Positions 22,001 through 29,612 of a stretch of 64,000 bases of DNA are shown piece by piece (the stretch's first letter is position 1; every line of letters starts with the position of its first letter). The stretch comes from Sulfuricaulis sp. (GTDB lineage: Bacteria; Pseudomonadota; Gammaproteobacteria; Acidiferrobacterales; Sulfurifustaceae). The stretch lies in assembly GCF_041499725.1 (NCBI RefSeq), contig NZ_JBGQKW010000002.1, forward strand, positions 37,643 through 101,642, written 5' to 3'. The notes beneath the pieces were generated by a model. It had not been told where the DNA came from and did no database searches. It worked only from the letters and a program-made list of their open reading frames with translations. A program made the translations under genes and the position numbers.

Positions 22001-23223
22001 CCCAAAGCTACGGCAACGGGCTCAACGAGACCCGCACCTACGACCTGCAAGGCCGGCTTACGAATCAGTCCCTGGGAACCGCTGATACGCGGGTGTACGG
22101 TTATGACGCCAACGGCAACGTCACCAGCCGGCAGGGCCTCTTCCAGACGGGGAGTTACGGCTACGACGCGCTCGATCGGTTAATCCAAGACAGCATCACC
22201 TCGATTCCGGCGAGTACGGTAAACCTCGGCTACGACCCAAATGGGAATCGGACGAGCGATAGCAGTGGGAGCTATATCTACCTCAGCGCCTCGAACCGCC
22301 TGTCGCAATATCATGGCCAGACGATCACCCTGGACGCCGCGGGCAACACCGTGAGCGACGGGACGTACACCTACGCCTACAACAATGCCGGAGAGTTACA
22401 GTCTGTGAGCCAAGGCGCCGCCCTGGGGAGTTATGTTTACAACCACCTGCGCCAGCGTACTCGCAAGACCACCGCCTCGGGTACCACGGTCTACCACTAC
22501 GACATCCGCGGTAATCTGATCCTGGAGACAAGCTCGACCGGCACCTCGCAGGTTGCCTACATGTGGGCGGATACCCAACCGTTGGCGCAGATCACGAAGA
22601 GTGGCGGTACCGATACGCTGTCGTACTTGCATGCCGATCATGAAGGCACGCCGCGGCTGGCGACGAGCGCCACGAAGGCCGTGGTGTGGCGCTGGGAGGG
22701 AAATGCATTTGGGGATACCTCACCGACGGGGAGTGTGACGGTGAATCTGCGGTATGCGGGGATGTATGCGGATCAGGAGACTGGGTTGTACTATGTCTGG
22801 AATCGCTACTACGATCCTAAGACCGGTCGGTGGATCACTTCCGATCCCATCGGCTTAGCAGGCGGACTCAACACCTACGCGTATGTGGTGAATAATCCGT
22901 TAAGGTGGACGGATCCAGAGGGGACAGCAATCTGGGCGGTTCCGTTCGGTTGGAACTCGCCTAACGGTAACGTTAGACCAGGATTTAGCCTCCAAAAGCC
23001 GGGGTGTGATGTTGATGGTTCTGTCGGCTCTTGGATGAACAGAAAACCTTGCATTAGGAAGTGTTGTGATGAACATGATGATTGCTACAAAAAGTATGGG
23101 TGCAATGCATCCTCATGGAGAGGTAGACTCTATAGTTCATGCGATATCTGCAATATGAAAGTGATGTGGTGCATAATTACCGCTGATACGTCCGACAACG
23201 GGTGCAGCTGCACGAAGCAATAG
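19078..23223 (+). CDS. Rhs/YD-repeat polymorphic toxin with signal peptide, DUF6531-like domain and Cys-rich PLA2-like C-terminal tip
   Basis: GNPCNAATGNKFQ (DUF6531-like), many YxYD repeats, RYYDP..GRW...DPIGLAGGLNTYAYVVNNPLRWTDPEG core end; tip CCDEHDDCY. Confidence 0.92.
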   Translation: MFFMGHLSAFSPSTPRKLLRPISRGLYILLLSGLLIPSTTLADPPHLPNEYFNTSDAAKAACVAKLPWYQANYGWPNGYSCVWTHEGNFAAKWAVWDDILNGPTLTALFKAIYPIRQCPPTQNYVAPGVCTIPPPNKINACSGDAMKGNPCNAATGNKFQSEVDLTSVDGGIPIIRYYNSQLMVDVGFGVGWTSSILGKRLYINPTTVQVMRADGRGESFVCNGGACQGDADTQIALTQDANGYTLTMDKDGAVERYDTAGKLVTETDRTGRTTSYSYDYSYDTSGRLATVTGPFGHRLTLSYDANNHIYQINGGAQFPRYTYDANNNLTRVTYYPGMGTIYHYENTSFPQNLTGISYFYASITFRYATYAYDALGKAVSTEHASGAERTAFSYDSPSQTTVTDAANTQEVMTFASNLGAKALVSKVNQSDGKSAVQTFDANNNLTCKKDEEGKVTTYTYSSTNQKLSMTEGLAGTCDAPTTTSATRTTTYSYLSPTLDLPTVIQSPSVYSGQNKTTTITYGDAAHPTLPTMIMQSGFTPSATPVSRSVGLTYNSTGQITSIDGPRTDVNDVTTLAYYDCATAGACGQLRSITNALGQVTTFDSYDAYGKLLQMTDANGLRTSYVYSLAYDYLARVTQITQTPPTGSTRTTQYRYHQAGGDLLTVYFPDGRTLSYTYNAARQLTRVTDNFNNYVAYSYDIKGNRISEYTYNSSNVLTRQIDLAYDIRNHLSSINAAGSLTQQINDAVGNLTQQTDPNNNPPSTNSFDALNRLIQTLNSLGGTTSYAYDPNDRLQQVVAPNNATTQYQYDDLGNLLQEISADRGTTVYTYDNAGNVTTVSDARSIPISYTYDALNRVTSIDYPGTTEDVTYTYDNCTAGIGRLCQVADASGTTQYSYDAFGNVLTQSKTELGIVYTTSYTYDASDRIKTITYPDNRLVTYARNGLGQITSVSATVSGVAKTLASARTYRADGLLLTQSYGNGLNETRTYDLQGRLTNQSLGTADTRVYGYDANGNVTSRQGLFQTGSYGYDALDRLIQDSITSIPASTVNLGYDPNGNRTSDSSGSYIYLSASNRLSQYHGQTITLDAAGNTVSDGTYTYAYNNAGELQSVSQGAALGSYVYNHLRQRTRKTTASGTTVYHYDIRGNLILETSSTGTSQVAYMWADTQPLAQITKSGGTDTLSYLHADHEGTPRLATSATKAVVWRWEGNAFGDTSPTGSVTVNLRYAGMYADQETGLYYVWNRYYDPKTGRWITSDPIGLAGGLNTYAYVVNNPLRWTDPEGTAIWAVPFGWNSPNGNVRPGFSLQKPGCDVDGSVGSWMNRKPCIRKCCDEHDDCYKKYGCNASSWRGRLYSSCDICNMKVMWCIITADTSDNGCSCTKQ

Positions 23224-23249
23224 ACATATCGATCAAGGGGCACGTTTTG

Positions 23250-23510
23250 ATGAAACGTAAATCTTGGCTTTGGTGGGTCACCACTGTTGGCGCGATCGCA
23301 ACTGTCTCAGGTTACTTAGGACTTTTGATCGTTGAACAGGTATATCCTGAAAGTAATCTACTCGGTGGCTGGGCCCTGATATTAGGGCCGATTTTTTGGA
23401 CAGGTCTGCTTTTGCTGATCGTTGCTGCTGTTGGTGGGACCATCAGTTTCGTTCGGTCAACGCGTAGTGGTGAGGGCCCTAAGTCCGATGACGGTTGGGG
23501 AAGAAAATAG
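23250..23510 (+). CDS. Small two-TM protein, putative Rhs immunity protein
   Basis: 26 bp after the Rhs stop, AAGGGG RBS, two hydrophobic helices, lower GC like the toxin tip. Confidence 0.6.
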   Translation: MKRKSWLWWVTTVGAIATVSGYLGLLIVEQVYPESNLLGGWALILGPIFWTGLLLLIVAAVGGTISFVRSTRSGEGPKSDDGWGRK

Positions 23511-23610
23511 AAAGGGGTATTAAAGTATTAAAAGGGGCCAGGCTGAGGCATCCCCGTTTCCACGGACACCCCATCCGGGGTAGTTCAGACTGAGGTACAG
23601 ATAAAATCTG

Positions 23611-24690
23611 TCACAACCCCCGCGACGCGCGGTACAGCAGGACCAGCGCCAGCGTAAAAAACATCCCGATGGGCAACAGCGCCCCGGCCACCGGCGTGAG
23701 CGCGTACAGCACGCCAAAATAGCCGAGGCTCTGGTCGACGATGATGAACACCAGCCCCAGCATGATGCCGATGAACACGCGACTGCTCATGCCGCCGCTG
23801 CGGATCTGGCGGAAGACAAAAGGCGTGGCCAGCAGCATCATGACCAGGGTGGCGAACGGCATGAAGATTTTCTGCCAGAAGACCAGCCGGAAGTTGCGCG
23901 TGTCCTGGTTGTTCTGCTGCAAATGTTCGATGTAGTAGTGCAACTGCTGGATCGAGAGGCTGTCGGGCTGCACCGCGAATACCGACACCACCTCGGGGGT
24001 GAGTTCCGAGCGCCACTCCTCCTTCGCCGCGCGGCGCGTCTGCACCGCCTCCTTGCCGACGATAATGCTCTCGCTCACGTCCTCGAGCCGCCACTTGTCG
24101 CCGTCATGCGTAGCGCGGCGCGCCGAGGTTTGCCGGCGCAGGTGGGCATGCGTGTCGAAATCGTAAATATTCATCCGCAGGAGGCTAAGATCGGGCAGCA
24201 CCTCGCCGATATTCACGAACAACGCGCCGCTGCGCAGCCAGATGCCGGAACTCTTCTGCTGTAGCGCCTTCGCCAACGCCTTGGCACGCCCGGTCTGCGC
24301 GAGATTCTCGGAAGCCGGCACGACGTATTCGCCGACGAGCAGGATGACCACCGCGAATAGAAATCCAACCTTCATGGTGGCGCCGACGATGCGCGCCACC
24401 GACACCCCGGCCGCGCGCATGGCGGTCAGTTCGGAATTGAGCGCCAGCGTGGACAGACCCATCATCGTGCCGATCAGGGCGGCGATGGGTGAGAGCTGAT
24501 AGACCTGTTGCGGCTGTTTCAGAATCACGTACTTGACCAGTGCCAGCGCCCCAAAACTGGCCTTGCCGTAATCCTTCAGGCCTTCAATCAGAATGAAGAA
24601 AACCGCCATCGCCACCAGCACGTTGAGCACCAGCAAGGTGCTGTAAAGCACGTGGCGCGCGATCAGCCGGTCGAGGAGTGTCAGCATCAT
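23611..24690 (-). CDS. lptG: LPS export permease LptG
   Basis: MMLTLLDRLIAR start overlapping lptF stop; SELTAMRAAGVS motif. Confidence 0.93.
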   Translation of the reverse strand: MMLTLLDRLIARHVLYSTLLVLNVLVAMAVFFILIEGLKDYGKASFGALALVKYVILKQPQQVYQLSPIAALIGTMMGLSTLALNSELTAMRAAGVSVARIVGATMKVGFLFAVVILLVGEYVVPASENLAQTGRAKALAKALQQKSSGIWLRSGALFVNIGEVLPDLSLLRMNIYDFDTHAHLRRQTSARRATHDGDKWRLEDVSESIIVGKEAVQTRRAAKEEWRSELTPEVVSVFAVQPDSLSIQQLHYYIEHLQQNNQDTRNFRLVFWQKIFMPFATLVMMLLATPFVFRQIRSGGMSSRVFIGIMLGLVFIIVDQSLGYFGVLYALTPVAGALLPIGMFFTLALVLLYRASRGL

Positions 24691-25805
24691 CGGCGTCCGA
24701 CCCTGGCGGGCAGGGAGATCAGCGGCCGGTCGTGCGCGCGCTGCCGCAGGAAATAGAGAGCCACCAGCGCCATGCCGCCGTGCACCCACCACAATCCCGC
24801 CGCCCGCGGCACGCGTTCGTTCTGCAACATGGTCTCGGCGATGCCGAGCAGGTTTGAGTAGACAAAATAGACCACGATGGCGACAAACAGATTGGACATC
24901 CGGCCGCGGCGCACGTCGGTATAGGCCAGCACCACCGCGTATAGGGCCAGCACGAACAACGCGATCGTTTTGCCGAGTCGCCAATGAAGTTCGGCGTTAA
25001 ATAACCGGCCCTCGTCACGAAACCTTGCCGATACATACTGTCGCAACAGCTCGTGCGTGGGCAGCCCCGCCGTCGGCACCGGTGCCTCGCCGAACTTCTT
25101 CGGCTCGATGCGCAGGTTATAAACGTTGTATTCCAGAATACGGTACCCGGCCTCGCCGGGCTCGCCTTCGTAGAGCGTCCCGTCATGCAGGGCGATAAAT
25201 TTGTCGCCGGTCTTCGAGTCGGTATAGGGATGTCCCGATTTGGCCACCAGCACGCCCTGCTTGCCCTCCTCCAGGCTGCTGACGAAAATTCCCTGCAGGT
25301 TTCCGTTCTCTTCAATCTTTTCGGCGTAAACGATTCGCCCCGTCCCCTGCGCCTCGGTAAACACGCCGGGGGAGATCGCCCCCAGCTCGGAGCGGTGGCT
25401 ACTCTCACTTTTGACATTCTCGATCTGCCGGGTTGCGAGCGGCGTGAAATAAAACGCTCCCACCAGCGTCAAGGCGCCGAAGATCAGTCCCAGCATCATC
25501 ACCGGGCGCATGAAATGCATCAGCCCCACCCCGCAGGCGGCCAGCACCGTCATCTCGCTGTCGCGGTACCAGCGCGAGAGCGTCAGGAGGATGCCCAGGT
25601 AAAACGCCAGCGGCAGCAATACATCTAGTTTCGCGAGCGTCTGAAAACCGAGCAGAATGAATACCACTGCCTCGGACTGATCTCCGCGCACCGCGCGCCC
25701 GAGCAGCAATGTCATGCTCATCAGCACCATGACCACCAGCAACACCAAGCCAATCGCCAGGGAGGTCATGGCGGCTTCCCGGTAAAACGCGCGATTAATG
25801 ATCAA
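24687..25805 (-). CDS. lptF: LPS export permease LptF
   Basis: RWYRDSEMTVLAACG, ELHWRL motifs; divergent from pepA. Confidence 0.93.
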   Translation of the reverse strand: MIINRAFYREAAMTSLAIGLVLLVVMVLMSMTLLLGRAVRGDQSEAVVFILLGFQTLAKLDVLLPLAFYLGILLTLSRWYRDSEMTVLAACGVGLMHFMRPVMMLGLIFGALTLVGAFYFTPLATRQIENVKSESSHRSELGAISPGVFTEAQGTGRIVYAEKIEENGNLQGIFVSSLEEGKQGVLVAKSGHPYTDSKTGDKFIALHDGTLYEGEPGEAGYRILEYNVYNLRIEPKKFGEAPVPTAGLPTHELLRQYVSARFRDEGRLFNAELHWRLGKTIALFVLALYAVVLAYTDVRRGRMSNLFVAIVVYFVYSNLLGIAETMLQNERVPRAAGLWWVHGGMALVALYFLRQRAHDRPLISLPARVGRR

Positions 25806-26020
25806 GGCGGGACCGCCATGAGATGCTTTGACAAGGGACGCGCAAACATTGGAAAATGCCGCTCAGCAACCGGACTGGAGGGCAAGCAATCGAAAACGCC
25901 ATTTTTTTCCGTACAGTCATCCCTAAGGACTTGATTGCAAAACGGAACCGTAACCCGAAGTCGACAAAAATATACCACATCTTCCGCCGCTGGAGCGGGA
26001 AATAAATTCAGGGAATCGGC

Positions 26021-27532
26021 ATGGAATTCATCGTCAAAAGCGGCACACCCGAAAAACAGCGCAGTGGTTGCATCGTGGCCGGCGTGTTCGAATCGCGCAA
26101 ACTATCCACCGTGGCTCACCAGATCGACGAAGTCTCCGGCGGCGCCATCAGCAGTATCCTGCGTCGCGGCGATCTCGAAGGCAAGCCGGGGCAAACCCTG
26201 CTGCTGCACAATATCCCGAACCTCCCCAGCGAGCGCGTGCTGCTCGTGGGCTGCGGCAAGGAAAAGGAATTCAACGAGAATCGTTATCGCGATACCACCG
26301 CCAAGGCCGTGTCGGTTCTCAAGGACACCGGCGCCAGCGAGGCGACTTCCTATCTCACCGAACTCGATGTCAAAGGCCGCGACATTTCCTGGAAAGTCCG
26401 CCAGGCGGTTGAAGTCATGGAAGCGGCTTTATACCGATTCGATCAACTCAAAAGCAAACCGAACAACAGCCGGCGCGCGTTGCGCCGCGTGGTGCTGGCG
26501 GTGCCGAAACGCAGTGATCTCGGTCCCGGCGAACAGGCGATCCGGGAAGGCCGGGCGATCGCGGAAGGCATGAAACTCGCGCGCGATCTCGGCAACCTCC
26601 CCGGCAACCTCTGCACGCCCGCTTACCTCGCCGAACAGGCGACCGAGATCGGCAAGCAATACGGACTCAAGATCACCGTGCTGGAAAAGGACGACATGCA
26701 AAAGCTCGGCATGGGCGCGCTGCTGTCGGTCGCGCGCGGCAGCCGACAGCCGCCGAAGCTGATCGTGCTCGAATACCTCGGCGGCAAGGAAGGCGAACCG
26801 CCCGTGGCGCTGGTCGGCAAGGGACTGACCTTCGACGCCGGCGGCATTTCGATCAAGCCCGCGGCCAACATGGATGAAATGAAGTACGACATGTGCGGTG
26901 GCGCCTCCGTGCTCGGCGCGTTGAAAGCCGCGGCCGAACTGAAACTGCCGCTCAATATCGTCGGCATCATTCCCAGTTCGGAAAATCTTCCGGATGGCGA
27001 CGCCAACAAGCCCGGCGACATCGTCACCAGCATGTCCGGCCAGACGGTGGAAGTGCTGAACACCGACGCCGAGGGCCGGTTGATCCTGTCCGACGCGCTC
27101 ACCTACGCCGAACGCTACAAGCCGGCCGTGGTGATCGACATCGCCACCCTCACGGGCGCTTGCGTGATCGCGCTGGGCGCCCATGCCAGCGGACTGCTCG
27201 CCAACAACGACCAGCTGGCGCGCGAGATTCTCGGCGCCGGAAAATACACCCACGACCGCGCCTGGCAACTGCCGCTGTGGGACGATTACCAGAAGCAGCT
27301 CGACAGTAATTTCGCCGACATGGCCAATATCGGCGGGCGCGAGGCCGGCACCATCACCGCCGCGTGCTTTCTCGCGCGCTACGCGAAAAACTTCAAATGG
27401 GCGCACCTCGACATCGCCGGCACGGCCTGGAAAACCGGCAAGGAAAAGGGCGCGACCGGCCGGCCGGTGCCGCTGCTGGTGCAATTTCTCATCAACCGCG
27501 CCCGTCACGACGGGGCGGAAGCGGCGGCATGA
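26021..27532 (+). CDS. pepA: Leucyl aminopeptidase PepA
   Basis: [26 protein letters not shown]17 motifs. Confidence 0.97.
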   Translation: MEFIVKSGTPEKQRSGCIVAGVFESRKLSTVAHQIDEVSGGAISSILRRGDLEGKPGQTLLLHNIPNLPSERVLLVGCGKEKEFNENRYRDTTAKAVSVLKDTGASEATSYLTELDVKGRDISWKVRQAVEVMEAALYRFDQLKSKPNNSRRALRRVVLAVPKRSDLGPGEQAIREGRAIAEGMKLARDLGNLPGNLCTPAYLAEQATEIGKQYGLKITVLEKDDMQKLGMGALLSVARGSRQPPKLIVLEYLGGKEGEPPVALVGKGLTFDAGGISIKPAANMDEMKYDMCGGASVLGALKAAAELKLPLNIVGIIPSSENLPDGDANKPGDIVTSMSGQTVEVLNTDAEGRLILSDALTYAERYKPAVVIDIATLTGACVIALGAHASGLLANNDQLAREILGAGKYTHDRAWQLPLWDDYQKQLDSNFADMANIGGREAGTITAACFLARYAKNFKWAHLDIAGTAWKTGKEKGATGRPVPLLVQFLINRARHDGAEAAA

Positions 27533-27975
27533 CGCGCGTTGACTTCTACCTGCTCGACCGCGCCACCGAAGGCGGCAAAGACGCCGCTGTCTGCAAGCTT
27601 GCCCACAAGGCCTTCCGTCTCGGCCACCGCATCTATATCCTGACCCACGACCATGAAGGCGCGCAACGTCTCGACCGGCTGCTCTGGACCTTCAGCGCCG
27701 GCAGCTTCATTCCGCACGGGCTCGGCGCGCGGCAGGCCGACGTCGACCTGCCGGTTCTCATCGGCCGGGATGAGCCGCCGGCGGCGCATGAAGACGTGCT
27801 GATCCAGCTCTTGCCGCAGGTGCCGGAGTTTTTCAGCCGGTTTCAACGCGTGGCGGAAGTGGTGGATGGCAGCGATGACGAAAAGACGCTCGCGCGCGAG
27901 CGCTTCCGTTTCTACCGCGACCGCGGTTACGCGCTGCAGACACACAAGCTTGAACTGGAATCGGCCGGAGCCTGA
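27529..27975 (+). CDS. holC: DNA polymerase III chi subunit
   Basis: [36 protein letters not shown]. Confidence 0.93.
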   Translation: MTRVDFYLLDRATEGGKDAAVCKLAHKAFRLGHRIYILTHDHEGAQRLDRLLWTFSAGSFIPHGLGARQADVDLPVLIGRDEPPAAHEDVLIQLLPQVPEFFSRFQRVAEVVDGSDDEKTLARERFRFYRDRGYALQTHKLELESAGA

Positions 27976-27978
27976 CCC

Positions 27979-29559
27979 ATGACCACCCAGGATCCGAAAT
28001 ACAAGCACAAGCCTTCGGAGAAACACACGCTCGAAGAAGTGCTGAAATCCCTTCAGGACCTGATCCGCAACGACCTGCTGGATAACAACCGGGCGGCCGT
28101 GGAAAAATCCGGCTCGGCACCGATCCCCAGCGAAGAAAAACCGCCGCGTGAACACACTCCCCCCGTGCGCGAAGATTTTGCGCCGGTAAATCCCGCCGCA
28201 GGTCCGGTCAATCTCGATGCGGTCATGCGTTCCCTGAAAGACCTCGTCAGCAACGAACTCAATGTCGGCGGCGAACCCGCGGCGGCTGAAGAATCGCCGC
28301 CTGCGCGAACCGAAGACCATGAGACGAGTGAAAACCCAGCGGATGAATTTGTGCCGCTGGACGAGGAGCTGACCTTCGAGGAGTCGATGGAAATCGTTCC
28401 GCCTCCACGCACCGCACCGACCATGCCGGAGATTCCCGGGGAAATTTCCGCCGAGATGCTCAGTGAACCTGAAGCGGAAGCCGCACCCTCACCTCCAGCG
28501 CCGGTACCGGAAGCCGAAGCAAATATCGCTCCGGGCACGCAACATCAGCTTCTGCTCGAGGAAACGCCGCCAGCGGCGACCGAACCTGAACCGTCGACAC
28601 CGGATCTCGCGCCAAACCTGGAACTTGAGCCGGAGACGGATGGCATCGCGCCGGAAATGACGCAGGAAACCGCGGTGCAGGACTTTCCGGATGACTCCGG
28701 CGATGCGCTGCCTACCATCGACGTGGAAGAAACCTTTGACGAGAACGCCTATTTTGAGGCCGCGGCAAAGCAGACAGAAGCTTCCTCGACCGATACACAG
28801 GAAACTCAGGAGATCATTTTATCTGCGCTCGACGCATCTCTGGAGCCGGAAACTGCACTGCCCGCGAACAGCGAAGCACAGGTACCCGCGGAAAATACCG
28901 CTCCCACATCGGAATCGGCTTCCGGCAAACCTGAAATCAAACTGGAAATCGCCGATGAACCGGCCACGGAAAATTTACTGAATATTCCTTCAGTGGACTT
29001 CGATGTCGTCGAATTTGAGTTGCCGCGTGAAGAACCACCGCCACCGCCTTCCCTGACGATCGAGGCACCCGCGCCGGCCGATGAATCATCGCCGATTACG
29101 ACCGATGAAACTTTGGCACAGGAAATAACGCTTGATCCCGGACCCTTGGAAATACTGTCGCCGTCTGAGGAAATAAAGCCTGGTGCCACGCCCAAAGTGG
29201 AAAAAATCCCGGACACCGCTACAACGCCTCCCGCCACGGGTGAAACGCATGCAACGGCAACGGTCACGGAACCCGCCACACCGGAGACAACGGAATCCAT
29301 CGATCTCGACGATATTCCGGTGCTGCGCGAGGTGGTCGCACCGCCCGCCGGCAGCGCACTGGCCGGCGGACCGGTATCACCGAGCACGGAACCGCCGTTA
29401 CCCGCGCCGGACCGCGCCCGCGATATCGTGGTCCGTGCCGTGGCCAAGCTCAATGTCGAGATGCGCAAGTCGGGCGGGACCGGTCTAGATACCAAGACCA
29501 TCCTCCGGTTGCAGCAGTTGATACGCCGGGAGTTGGAAAAAGACGGAGAAAAAAGTTAA
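27979..29559 (+). CDS. Acidic Pro/Glu-rich disordered protein with terminal helices (PopZ/DUF2486-like)
   Basis: 526-aa ORF; helices TLEEVLKSLQDLIRND and LDAVMRSLKDLVSNE, long E/P/A/T-rich linker, DDIPVLREVV, C-terminal helices. Confidence 0.7.
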   Translation: MTTQDPKYKHKPSEKHTLEEVLKSLQDLIRNDLLDNNRAAVEKSGSAPIPSEEKPPREHTPPVREDFAPVNPAAGPVNLDAVMRSLKDLVSNELNVGGEPAAAEESPPARTEDHETSENPADEFVPLDEELTFEESMEIVPPPRTAPTMPEIPGEISAEMLSEPEAEAAPSPPAPVPEAEANIAPGTQHQLLLEETPPAATEPEPSTPDLAPNLELEPETDGIAPEMTQETAVQDFPDDSGDALPTIDVEETFDENAYFEAAAKQTEASSTDTQETQEIILSALDASLEPETALPANSEAQVPAENTAPTSESASGKPEIKLEIADEPATENLLNIPSVDFDVVEFELPREEPPPPPSLTIEAPAPADESSPITTDETLAQEITLDPGPLEILSPSEEIKPGATPKVEKIPDTATTPPATGETHATATVTEPATPETTESIDLDDIPVLREVVAPPAGSALAGGPVSPSTEPPLPAPDRARDIVVRAVAKLNVEMRKSGGTGLDTKTILRLQQLIRRELEKDGEKS

Positions 29560-29612
29560 AAGTGAAATATGGCGCATAAGCCATTAGAATCTCGCCCGTT
29601 TTAACACTCACT

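Noticed and set aside
23555-23587. TGAACTACCCCGG.. resembling an IS3-family terminal repeat beside the Rhs cassette
   Set aside because: Only about 13 bp of similarity, no partner end and no transposase.
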